Shown: positions 1-11,699 of the stretch, piece by piece
Position numbering within the stretch: the stretch's first letter is position 1
Layout: each line of letters begins with the position of its first letter
Assembly (NCBI GenBank): GCA_951406725.2
Contig: OX597834.1
Coordinates: 2,232,001 to 2,296,000, forward strand
Length of the DNA stretch: 64,000 bases
From: Octopus vulgaris
Taxonomy: Eukaryota
Direction of reading: 5' to 3'
Position numbers and translations under genes: made by a program
Notes under the pieces: generated by a model
The model's input: the letters and a program-made list of their open reading frames with translations, nothing else
The model's database searches: none
Told to the model about the DNA's origin: nothing

Positions 1-1319
1 ACTACAGTTTATGTTGTAAAAAGTCTGTAGTTAATCCTGCTGGTCAGGTGATGGCAGAGGGGGGCGGGGCGGAGGTGTGTGTGTGTGTCACCTTCCCCCA
101 CCCCCTCTAACACCCCCTCCCTTTGTCTAGAGCTGGAGGGGGAGAGAGAAAAGCTTGGAATAGAGGTGAATGGGAACATTAGGGTGAGAGAGCAGCTGTG
201 TGTGTGTGTGTAGGGGTGTGAAAAAGGGCCCACCCCTGTGTGTGTGTGTGTGTGTGTGGTGGCAGGAGGTGAGAGAGACTCAGGTGTCTGCAAAGGGGAA
301 TGAGAGGACGTGTGTGTGTGTGTGTGTACATGAAATAGACTATACAAGTGTGTGTGAAGGGAGCATGAGAAAACCTGTGTGTGTGTGTGTGTGTATGCAT
401 ACATACATGTAAGAGGAACCCTATAGAAGTGTGTGTGTGTGTGTGTGTGGTCACCCAGCATAGTCTGACGCACCTTTTATTAATCTCTGCATATATTCCA
501 ATCCATGCAAGCATGGAGAAATAAAAATGGACATAAAAATGATTAATTATGATGATGATGATGATGATTCCAAATGCCATATGATGTCTCGCTGTGTGTG
601 TGTGTAGGTTCAATTTCAGCTGTCTTCTTCCACCATAACCACCTCCTCGGAGACATGATCCTCCTCCTCCTCCCCCCCCACCTCCACACACACAGCCTCA
701 CTTTATTGGTTCATTGAAGTCATATGATTTGGAACAAAAACAAAAATAAATAAATACAAACAACAGATTATTTAACTGCCTCATTAATAAATACTAATGA
801 CCTACAACAGAATCCCTCTCTTAACGAGTTGTGTTTTTTCTTCATTCTTTTCTCTATCTTTACAGAAACCCCATTTTTTTCTGGTTCCATCTATAACCCC
901 TCAGTCTCTCATCTCCTGTTCTGGAGGGAGAGAATATCCCCTCGCACCCACACACCCACTTCCTCAGATCCTGTTCTCATAATATAACGAACTTATTGCC
1001 CACCCCTGCTTGGGTGCACCACAACTCACCTGAAAAGGTTGCCAAAAGTGCGTGAAGAATACAAAGAAGAATGCACAGGAAGTGAAGAATGAAGGAATTG
1101 CTTAAAAACACAAGCTTGGGGGGGGGGAGAAATCAAGTGGTCGTGAGATATGCTAAAAATAACAGCTTGAATCACAATTTATTTTCGGTGGGTGGTGGGG
1201 GTGCATAGTTGTATGATTTCCTGTTGTGTTGGTTATATGCCATGCGTAACGAAGAATTCTGCCATGGATTGAAAGACAAAGTTGACCTCGAGGGCACAGA
1301 CAGCTTGAAGGAACACAAC

Positions 1320-1655
1320 AAAATAGTATTGTATTAAAAATATATGAAACATGAGAGTTTAAAAATTTTTTAATGCATCTTACAATTGTTTCATAAAAGT
1401 ATTATCATTATAATGGAATCAATTCATTGTTGATACACATTGAAAGACAATACTTCCGATCGTCAGAGATGGGGAAGATAAAGTTTTTATAGTATATCGA
1501 ATGTTGTTTGAGAAAGTATTTTTGAAAAATAGATTAAAATTTACTGGTTTAGATTTATGCAGGTAGACTTTGGTAAAAAAAATCAGAAGTTTGTTTATAT
1601 ATCTCCTTGGTAAGTTCCTCTTGGTAATCCATGAGAATTTTGTGTAAACAATACC
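1320..1655 (-). mobile_element. Penelope-like pLTR segment, left arm of an inverted repeat
   Basis: Carries the hammerhead motif; an internally deleted inverted copy lies at ~4995-5262. Confidence 0.5.
1376..1471 (-). ncRNA. Minimal type I hammerhead ribozyme candidate (Penelope-type)
   Basis: Minus strand: CATCT-CTGACGA-stem II (AAGTATTGTC/GATAATACTT)-GAAAC-AATT-GTA-AGATG. Stem I is CATCT/AGATG, the core is complete and loop 3 is palindromic. Confidence 0.7.
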
Positions 1656-2039
1656 TTATCCTGCATTCCATATTTGAGACGTAGAAGGTGGAATTTGGTG
1701 GTCAAAATTATCAAATTTTTATTTGTACAACTGGAAGATACCAATTTAAATTTTAAATTATAATTTTTTTTTATTACAACTGTAAAGGTCTTTTTATTGT
1801 AGGTTAAATGTGTACAGGTTCAAATTCTAAGAAAACCAATTTTGGTGACCCTCCACCATCACAACCAGTTGGGTCTCACCAACTTCCACAATTTCTGGAA
1901 TCTCTTCTTACGTTGTCTGCTCCACTTGTATGAGAATTCTGACACTCTGGCCATGCCAGTTTCTTTGCTCCACCACAGCAGCATCCAACAGGGTTATTCT
2001 CTCCTCCAATCCCATTGTTACTGCTATGATTAACCACTT

Positions 2040-3733
2040 GACGTCCAGTTCTTTTCTATCTGGAGATCTGGGCCAAACCAGACTCCTTGCAGCTTAACCA
2101 GGCCCTCCATCCAGTGTCCCACGACGCTATTCAAAGGCATCGACTTGCTCCTCCAGGTGCTGAGTTGCAAGCCGACCGATTAATCTTTGCTCCTGCCACC
2201 ATCTTGTAAGCCTTGATGGTCTTGCCTACTTTCTGTAGGTGTTCCATTTTGGTCATGATGATAGTGATGTCGTCTGCGTAAGCTGGAGCCGATCCTCCAC
2301 CAGCTGAATTCGTCAGGATGCCACTCAGCCTTTGCAGTAACAGCTTGAGGGCCAGCACGTACAAAAGTGGTGAGAGTGGACACCCTTAACGAAGCGAACA
2401 CTCGATACAGAATGGCTTTGCGAGAAAGCCATTCACCCGAACGATTGAGTTGATGTTGTTGTACAACTGTATGATCCACCTAAGGAAGCCAAGACCCAGT
2501 CTGAACCACGCAAGAACAGATACCAGGTAATGATGGTCTGTTCCATCAAACGCTTGGTCTAAATGGACCTGTGCCCTGCCCTTGCCAGATTCTTTACCAG
2601 ACCCTTCTATGGTGTAGCGTATAAGATGATTATCCTGGATGGTTCCACTGGGGATCGCACACATTTGTGCTTCCCCGATCAGACCATCCATGACACGGGT
2701 CAATCTTTTTGCCAAGACCTTGGCCAAAATATTCATCTCTGCATTCAGTTATCTATACTATCCCTGTTGTCTGGGTCCTTCCTGACCAGCATCACCACTC
2801 CCCGGTGCACAGATCTGGAGATCAACCCATTCTGCTGCCAGTTCACGTAAACACTTGCCAGAATGTGCCTGACCAAGTCTGACATACTCTCATATAGTTC
2901 GTACGGTAGACCATCGAGGCCTGGCGCCTTACCACCGCTGCAGTCCACTATAGCCTCTATTACCACCTCAGGTGTGATCAACCCTTAACAGCTCTCCGCA
3001 TCCTGCCCTGAGAGATGTGGTAGCCTGGTGAGGAAGTCTGTAAGGCCTACTTACCATCTGGTCCTTCGCCCCCCCCCCCTCCCCGAAAAGCTGGGCAAAG
3101 TGCTCCTGGAAAGCCTTACACATCTTCTAGGGTTCATTTATTAACTCACCTTGTCGGTTCACCACAGATCGAATTATGGAATCATTTCCGCGTTGAGCCT
3201 CCACCCCTCGTGCCCATCCAGCGACCTTGATTCCCTCACTCCCCATTGCACGAAGTCTAGCCCTGACAATACACCCCATGTGCTTGGCTTCGAGGTGCTG
3301 ATTAAACTTCAGTCTCTTCACCCTCACCTGGGATGCGTTGTCAATTCTCCTGGCTTCCTCTGGGGCCTTTACTAATTCTTTTTCTCTCCTATGTTCTCTA
3401 GCTATTAAACCTGCACTATGTCTAATAGACTCGAATTTAATGGATCTTTTTAGGGCATACCACCATTTGTTGGAACATACTGGAACTTGTCAATGCCCTC
3501 TGTATCAATAACTTAATCCAACTCCTGTACTCCTCAATCACCAAAAGGAACTTATTGAGTTTCCAGTAGTCGGAACCCTTACTACCTAACTTATCTAGGT
3601 GCAGCTTACAAGTGACCATCTTGTGATCTCTGTAGCTGACCAGGTGAATCTGTGGACACTTTATCTAGCTTTCTAATTAGAATCCTATCTATGTAAGACC
3701 TAGAAGACTTGTCACTATTTGACCATGTCCACA
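2040..3733 (-). mobile_element. L1/Tx1-clade LINE ORF2, inverted 5' part (endonuclease end plus RT), pseudogenised
   Basis: WTW..SYIDRIL, YWKLN, KAPGLDGLPYELY, ILAKVLAKRL, LDQAFD, AYADDITI, GVWFGPDLQIEKNW across frameshifts. Confidence 0.9.
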
Positions 3734-3735
3734 AT

Positions 3736-4990
3736 GGTAAGCCTCATAGTCAAGACTTGGTCTTGGCGGTGGCTATCCTTGAAAGGGAGGGCAGAAGTGG
3801 TCAATGTATTTATCGCATCAGTCATCATTTACTGCCTAACTGTCGTTCCTTGTCCAGATTCGTGGTTGAGCAAGATGGAGAGGCAGATCCTCCACTTTTT
3901 ATGGAAGAGCTCTGCTCCACTTGCGAGGCATTCTATCTGCTGTCAAAAACTGTTTAAGGGTGGGTTAGGGATGCCTTGGCTGTTGATGCGCAAACATGCG
4001 TTGAGGTTGAGGCACCTCTGGCTTTACCGGGATGGTGATTGGGTTTGGTCTCCGCTTGCGAAACAGATGTTCCCCAGGTTCACTAGTTTTGGTGGAAGAG
4101 AAAACTGGTTTCGTCAAAGATTGAGGTTGGGTACATGGTATATGGAGAGCTGCAAGGCTCTTCTCCAGGCCACAGCTCTGGCAATGCCAGCGGTTTCAGT
4201 ACCACCACGGCTTTCTATAGTAGGTTGGTAGAGGCTGGAAACGATGATGCCCTGTGGAGGACCCTGGGTCTGAAGAACAAATGGGCCAAAGACACTGGAT
4301 AATTTCCAAAAGACTCTGGCCAGGCAGTGTTACCAGTTCAGAATAAGCTCACTGGACACGGTCATCCTGTCCCATTGGCCTGTCCAAGATGTGGGCAGGA
4401 CGAGGAAACCATCCTGCACGCTATTGTTCAGTGTCTGGGTGTGTCAGAAGTGTGGGCTTATGCAGAACACCTGTTGTCAGATGTGAGGAGAGTACAGCTC
4501 TCATCTGAGAATTTTAAAAATTGACCCAATAGATTTCCTTACAGAAGAAGGTAAGAATTGTTTACTTGTGGTAGTAACAATCACGAAAGAGGTGATTTGG
4601 AAGTTGAGAGTGAAAGGAATAATGATGGGTAGCTTCATCTCTGGCCTCACGTTGGTGAATGTCTTCACCTTTCACCTGTAAAGGAAAGTGGGGCTAGAGA
4701 GGAGGTGCCTGTCAGCGAGAATATATAAAGATAGATGGGTACATGTAGTACAAATGTTGGGTATGAAAGATTCTGCATGAATACTCTATAAAGGTTATCA
4801 GAAGGTGTTGGCAGAGAAACAGGGCTTGTGGGGTCGAAGCGCTGACCTGTTTTAATACCTTGTTTTTTGTCTTTTGTCTGTCATACGATTAGCATTTTTG
4901 CACATTTTTAAATCTTATAACCATCCATATGTGTCTGACCCCAATCAGGCTGTATTGTCCCCTCTATATGTCCCTTTGTTGGAAATAAAG
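3736..4990 (+). mobile_element. L1/Tx1-clade LINE ORF2 3' part plus 3'UTR
   Basis: WSWRWLSLKGRAEVVN, GGLGMP, CPRCGQDEETILHAIVQC zinc motif, T-rich UTR and AATAAA at ~4984. Confidence 0.88.
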
Positions 4991-4994
4991 AAAT

Positions 4995-5262
4995 AGTTTA
5001 CACAAAACTGTCGTGGATTACCGAGATGAACTTAATAAGGATATATATGGATATATATATATACAAACTTTATATTTTCTTACCAAAGTCTACCTGCAAT
5101 ACTTTCGTGAAACGATCGTAAGATGCATAAATTAACAAATTTTTAAACTGTCATGTTTCATATCCTTAAATCCTTAAAAATGTTTTAGCCTGAAGGCCGT
5201 GGCCTTGATGGGGCACCACCGCTGAAATATATTTACATATATTTTTAATACAATACTATGTT
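4995..5262 (+). mobile_element. Inverted, internally deleted copy of 1320-1655
   Basis: Reverse complement matches GCAGGTAGACTTTGGTAA and TGAAACATGA.AGTTTAAAAATTT; retains the 3' half of the hammerhead (GAAAC-GATC-GTA-AGATG). Confidence 0.6.
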
Positions 5263-5341
5263 AGACATATATATCTTTGCGAGGAATTTTTTTGATATTA
5301 AATTTCATGTTATTTCAAAATACAGTATATATATATATATA

Positions 5342-6624
5342 TGAGGGGCGTTCAATAAGTAATGCCCCTGACCCACTTCCCATAGCAGTAGAGCAATGAA
5401 ACTTGGCACAGTTATTAATCTTTTTCTACATAGGAACCACACAGAGTTACGCATTTCTCCCATCGTTTGATGCAGCTCTGAAGACCGTTTTCGTAGAAGA
5501 CACCAGCTTGGTCCTCCAACCACAACGTGACTTCAGAAATCAAGGCTGCATCACCTGGGAAACGCTTTCCTTTCAAAAACAACTGCATGGCTAGGAAGAG
5601 ATGAAAATCAGAGGGTGCAAGGTCAGGAGATGGGGGGAGGAGTTCATAGCCGCACGCCTGTGCTTCTGATCTGGCGACACGCAAGTTGTGGACCGGAGCG
5701 TTGTCCTGCAGGAGGAGGATGCCTTTGCTGATCTTGCCCCGCCTCTTGATTTTGATAGCTTCTCTTAATTTCCTCAAAAGTGAAGCATAATAGGCTCCTG
5801 TAATTGTGGTACCCTTTGCCAGGAAATCTGTCATCACTACTCCGTCCTGGTCCCAGAAGACTGTGAGCATGACCTTGCCAGCGGAGGGCTGCACTCTTTC
5901 CTTCTTTGGAGGAGGTGAGTCACGGTGCTTCCACTGCATTGACTGGGCTTTGGTCTCTGGATCATAGTGATGGACCCAGGTTTCATCCTGTGTAATCAGT
6001 CTTTCTGAAAATTTTGACTCATCTTCTTGGCACATCTCCAAATTCACCCTCGAGCACTCGACGCGTTCTTGCTTCTGGAAAGGTGTGAGCAACCTGGGAA
6101 TCCATCTGGCAGACACCTCTTGCATATGCAAATGGTCATGAATGATAGTTTCCACAGACCCGGTACTAATCTTGACCTCATGGGCTATTTGGCGAATAGT
6201 TATGCATCGATCTTTCAAAATGGCAGCCTCAACTTGACGGACAGATGCCTCAACAATGGCAGACGGGGGCGACCAGATCTGGGAGCTGTTTCCACAGAGT
6301 TCCGACCATGTTTGGATTCACGATGCCAGCGTTTCACAAGGTCATATGATGGGGCATCATCACCATAAGTTACTTTCATTTCATCAAAAGTCTCCTGTGG
6401 TGTGCGTCATTTCAAATACGAAAACCGGATCACTGCTCGACACTCAACAGGCTCCATTTCACACTTGTCCCAGTTCAAACACCTGTAAATCAGACACCAC
6501 AATTAGTTCAGAGCTGTAATTCGCCACTTAAACTATAGAGATATAACTAATTGCACATGCAAAATGTCAGCTAGATCAAACGACTGCAAGTGGGTCAGGG
6601 GCATTACTTATTAAACGTCCCTCG
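5342..6624 (-). mobile_element. Full-length mariner (DD34D-type) transposon
   Basis: ~37-bp TIRs (GAGGGGCGTTCAATAAGTAATGCCCCTGACCCACTT and its inverse), flanked by TA, 1283 bp. Confidence 0.95.
5415..6457 (-). pseudogene. Mariner transposase with N-terminal stop/frameshift; 267-aa C-terminal frame open
   Basis: WIPRLL, TQDETWVHHY, LLQDNAPVH, SPDLAPSDFHLF. The second D-D spacing is 31 owing to a short deletion in the HPPYSP motif. Confidence 0.9.
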
Positions 6625-6747
6625 TATATATATATAATTAATAAATATCAGGGTAGGAAAAAATTTTAGAAATTTTTTACCAGTAGCCTAACATGTAGAA
6701 AACTAGTCACTAGACTATATATTATTATATTATTCATATAAATACAC

Positions 6748-6782
<35 letters not shown>

Positions 6783-7022
6783 AATCAAGAAGGAGAGAAG
6801 CAAATGTCAAAGGTCGGTGTATATATTCATTCAATCCATTTCAAATTGTTGAAATTCTCCGCAATATACATAGATGTGTTCACATATATGAGACATGACA
6901 AAAACACACAAGAATTTATAAATATATGAAAAACAACATGGATCCACGTGAACAGCAAAGTATTCGTTTTTTATAAATTCTCAAATCTTTCATGTTTCTT
7001 AAAATTTTAATAACTCTTTTGA

Positions 7023-7700
7023 ATAATAATAATAATAATAATAATAATTGTGTACAATGCTCAGGTGCACTACAACTCATCTAAAGTGTATATATAATCA
7101 GGTGTAGTTTCGGCGGATTTCGGAAAGCATGAGGGCCTTAAAGGATGCAGTGTCATGGCAGTCAACAACTGACGCAGGCAGTTTATTCCATGCTTCAGCA
7201 ACTCTGAGCGTGAAAAAATGTTTCCGAAAGTCATGGGAGCTGTGTTGTTTTCTGACTTTGTAGGCATGTCCACGTGTGTTAGACACATGGAGATCAAAAA
7301 GGTGTTCAGTGTTGTTGTTGGTGAGGTGGTTGATAACCTTATGGGTGTTTACCAAGTCCGTCGCTTCAGTGAATCCATGCCCAGGGAAACAAGGCGCTCA
7401 GAATATGGTAGGTGTCTGATGGAGGGTATGCGTTTGGTTGCACGTCTCTGGACAGATTCCAGGAGGTCAATGTTCTGAGCAAGATAGGGATTCCAAACTG
7501 ATGATGCGAATTCCAAGTGTGGTCGTACCATAGCTGTATACAGTTTTAAATAGATGGCTGGAGAGCGGCTAACAAAAGTCTTGCTGAGTGATGCCAAGAC
7601 ACCCTCGGCCTTCTTGACAATTTTAGAGATATGCTTTGTCCAACGCAAATCACTGCTGACAGTGATGCCTAGGTCACGCTCGCAAGAGGATTTCTTGATC
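7023..7700 (-). mobile_element. CR1-like LINE 3' fragment with (TTA)n tail
   Basis: VRPHLEFASSVWNPY, LESVQRRATK, TRGHAYK, FFTLRVAEAWNKLP. Confidence 0.88.
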
Positions 7701-7704
7701 TCTT

Positions 7705-7794
7705 AAGTCTGATGAGAGAAGTATAGAGAATTGCTCTGATTGGAGTTAGCTCTCCCACACCAACCGATATCTTCCTGAAACGGCCATAAGACTT
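7705..7794 (+). ncRNA. Decayed minimal hammerhead motif
   Basis: AAGT-CTGATGA-GAGAAG...CTTC-CT-GAAAC-GGCC-[G>A]TA-AGACTT. Confidence 0.45.
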
Positions 7795-8286
7795 TGTATT
7801 TATTCAGGATTCCTCAGGAATCGTCTTCTTCTGAACTTTCTCATCTTCCCTCCTCATTCATTCTAAAACGGACATTCAAACCTCGCAAGTACATCTATTT
7901 ATTTATTTATTAATTTTTATATGTTTATAATTTTTTAGATATATTTATGAATTTTTATATATTTATAAATCTTCCTATGTTTATTTATACATTCTTATGA
8001 AGTTTTATCGTGTCTCATATATGTGAACGCATCGATATATATTGCGGAGAATTTCGATAATTTGAAATGGATTGAATGAATATACACACCGACCTTTGAC
8101 ATTTGTTTCTCTCCTCCTTCATTTATATTTCTGAAGCTTCATTTGAGCACTAATTAGTTGAGCTGTATAAATTGGATAACTATACCATATATTCCTTCAT
8201 TATATATATATATATATATATATATACAATTGTTTGTTTGTTTCCCACCTGCCTTCGTCTTTTGTCTATTTTCATAAAGCTTCCCG

Positions 8287-8334
<48 letters not shown>

Positions 8335-8588
8335 GCACATCCATACATACACATTGACCATATAGAAGTCTTTTAAAACTGTTGGTAAAATATGTTTAAA
8401 ATTATATAAATCTAAAAGTGTGTGTGTGTGTATATATATTATGAATGTCTGATTGTAAGTGTGAATATATATATATATATATGTATATACACAAAACACA
8501 AACACACCCTTATATCTAGAACACTTGTATAATACAAAAAAATCCCTCAAATACATACAAACATGCAAGAATTATTTGTATGAATGTA

Positions 8589-8983
8589 TAATAATAATAA
8601 TAATAATAATTGTGTACAGTGCTCAGGTGCACTACAACTCATCTAAAGTGTATATATAATCAGGTGTAGTTTCGACGGATTTCGGGAAGCATGAGGGCCT
8701 TAAAGGATGCAGTGTCATGGCAGTCAACAACTGATGCAGGCAGTTTATTCCACGCTTCAGCAACCCTGAGCGTGAAAAAATGTTTCCGAAAGTCATGGGA
8801 GCTGTGTTGTTTTCTGACTTTGTAGGCATGTCCACGTGTGTTAGACACATGGAGATCAAAAAGGTGTTCAGTGTTGTTGTTGGTGAGGTGGTTGATAACC
8901 TTGTGGGTGTTTACCAAGTCCGTCGCCAGACGCCGGAGCTTCAGTGAATCCATGCCCAGGGAAACAAGGCGCTCAGAATATGG
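8589..8983 (-). mobile_element. Second, shorter copy of the same CR1-like LINE 3' end
   Basis: Near-identical to 7050-7410, with its own (TTA)n tail. Confidence 0.88.
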
Positions 8984-9039
8984 TATATATATATATATGT
9001 ATACACACACACACACACATAGAAATCATCACCACAAAA

Positions 9040-11450
9040 ACCATTTCCAGTAGTTTTTGGAGAAAGATGAAGAGAAAAAAAACAGTTAAAGAAAGAATGG
9101 TAAATTCTACTTTTATTCTAGAGTTTGGAACCTTAATCTCTGTAGTCTTGACTTAGTTAAAGTTCCAAAACAGTGTACACACAGGTGTACAAGTGGTTCA
9201 GAAATTCCCAAGAAGGTCAGAAAAAGGTGGATATTGATGAACATTCTGGACGACCCGCAACGAGCAGGACTGAGAAAAACATCACAGATGTGCATGCAGC
9301 TGTGATGGGGAATCATCGAATCTATGAGTTATCAGCAGATTAGTTATGAAGAAGAAATCATGAAACACATTTCCATCCTGGAATTGTCGTCAGCAGAGAT
9401 AAAGTTAAAAAGTTTGGTGTAATTCTAGAATGAAATCTGCTGAATCTCCCATCCACCATAGAATCAGAAACTCTGTTTGCGAGTAATCAACAAACAACAA
9501 CAAACTAATGTCAACAAGTATACCAGCAGTCGTGATATGGTGAAATGTTGAAATTGCGGGCGAACACACAAAGCTCGTGTGTGTCCAGTATATAGGAAAA
9601 ATTGTAATAAGTTCAGCAAATTAAGGCATTTTGCAAGATTTTAAAAATGATTGCTGTGTGGATAACATAAATGTGTCTCCAAGTGAGACTGGATCTGTTG
9701 ATAGTTTGTGGCTAAATGTGAACAACGAGTGTGCAGAAAACACAGGGTTTTGCATGTTTCATAAATGACAGCTGCATAGATACGAAAGTGGGCATTGGGG
9801 CAGTTGTTTGATATCATTTCCTTCACAGTTAGGTATCCCAATCAAATCATGACACAATAGATTAACCACTTTTGATGGTTCAGATCTAAAGGTTGTTGGA
9901 TCTATCCCAAGTGACATTTAAACTTAACAACACCGAGTCCTGTAAATTTATTGTGGTAGACATCCCAAACTCTTTTGGGCTGTTTGGAAACGATATTATT
10001 AAAGACTCTTTTGTTTTAATTTAAACATGGATACATTCCCAGAGGTCAAAGGTTTTGTGGCCCGAGTTAACTTCTCTGATGCGAGATATAGCATGAGGAG
10101 TTCAGTGAGAAGAGTTTCAGTACATTTGGAAAAAGAAGTGGACAACGAATTGAAGAGGTCGGAAATGATGGGTGCCATCACACCATTGGATTACTCTGGA
10201 GTCAGATGTGCCTCACCTGTGGTGTGGCTGAGAAAAAAAGATAAAAGACGGATCTCTTTGCATGTATGTCAATTACAAGACTCATTTAAATGCACATATT
10301 GACACCTATTCTTTTCCCTTACCATCAATCGATACTATTTTCTCTGGTATGTCAGATGCAAAATTGTTCTCCACTCTGGATTTAAAGCATGCATATTGGC
10401 AAATAGCTTTAGCGGAGGAAGCAAGGCAGATTTGCATTATTAATACAACCAATGGTCTCTGCCTGGTTAACAGACTTCAATTGGGCCTTAAGAATTCAAG
10501 TGGCATATTTCAGAACTGGGAACAAAAAGAGATCAAAGGAGTCCGGGTATACCAAGATGACATCCTCATCTATGCTAGTAACGAAGCAAGATTGATGAGC
10601 AGAGAAACTACAGGTGTTGCAAGGCTAACCAGGGAATAGTTTTCCATTAACAAAGCAAAGTCATTCTCCAGAAGAAATTTGACTTTCCTGTGAATGGACA
10701 TATCTGAAGAGGGCATTTTTCCATCCCAGGAATTAGTAGCAAAACTAAAGGTCATACAAAATTCTGTTGAACCATGGGAGTGCCTCTGGCTGAAAAGTTA
10801 ATGAAAAGACCATTGAGGGTTGCTGTAAACCCATTCTTTGAAATAGGTGAGGATGTAATATACAAAACCATGTTTGACAAGGTTGTATCCAAAGCAAAAT
10901 ATGTGATACATACCAGAACGAATACTGCATGGATGAAGAAGGAGGGTCGACCACTGCAGTCAGGGGCAGTTGAGCACCTGGTCCCACTGGACACACATGA
11001 ACCAGAACTGAGCACAATGGTTCACGCTGAGACTGCAAGGATGCCAAACAGTGAGGGTACAAACATATCAAGGCCCCAGGCTGGGCGTGGCACCAAGACT
11101 GGAGCAGCCGATTATCAACAATGCCAGCTGCCGAAGATGGAACACGAAAATTTCATGAAGGCCTCAACTGTGGTGAAATACAAGAATTGCAGCAGGATGT
11201 AAAAAGCCAAAATGTTTCGAGGAGGAACAACGTGACGGTGGCATTGGGTTGCTGGTTCTGGTAGACTGATATTTATGTAGAACTCTCAAGGAAAGTCTTG
11301 TGCAACCACATGGAAATCATGAGATGAGAGATGAATGAGATGGCAGCAGTGAAAGGAGTGACACCACTGCACATGTGAAGATGCAATTGTACAGCATGGT
11401 GCTCGGAAGTGAGCTGCGTAACTTGCAGTTACGAATGAGGCAATATATTT
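9040..11450 (+). mobile_element. Decayed Ty3/Gypsy LTR retrotransposon
   Basis: Zinc-knuckle-like C..CG..H....CP at ~9545-9640. RT motifs ASPVVWLRKKD, FSTLDLKHAYWQI, YQDDILI at 10027-10640. Purine tract GAGGAGGAA before TG at ~11220-11235. Confidence 0.75.
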
Positions 11451-11482
11451 TCTGAGTGAAACACAACAAATAGTAATAAATA

Positions 11483-11694
11483 ATCCTTTCTACTAAAGGC
11501 ACAAGGCCTGAAATTTTGGGGGAGGGGACAAGTCGATTACGTTGACCCCAGTGTTTCACTGGTACTTAATTTATTGTTCCCGAAAGGATGAAAAGCAAAG
11601 TCAACCTCAGCAGAATTTGAACTCAGAATGCAAGGACAGATGAAATGCCACTAAGCATTTCGCCTGGTGTGCTAACAATTCTGCCAACTCACCA
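11483..11694 (-). mobile_element. tRNA-derived SINE family A
   Basis: Head GGTGAGTTGGCAGAA, B-box GAGTTCAAATTC, core CTTTCATCCTTTCGGG...AAGTACCAG, (TTA)n tail. Confidence 0.85.
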
Positions 11695-11699
11695 GCTTT

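Larger units (their letters stand above)
6790..8120. repeat. Inverted repeat pair (~6790-6930 and ~7985-8120)
   Basis: CAAATGTCAAAGGTCGGTGT.TATATTCATTCAATCCATTTCAAATT is present in both orientations. Confidence 0.8.

Noticed and set aside
9-691. ORFs rich in HTHT/CVCV
   Set aside because: Translations of (TG)n and other simple repeats; no domain or splice support.
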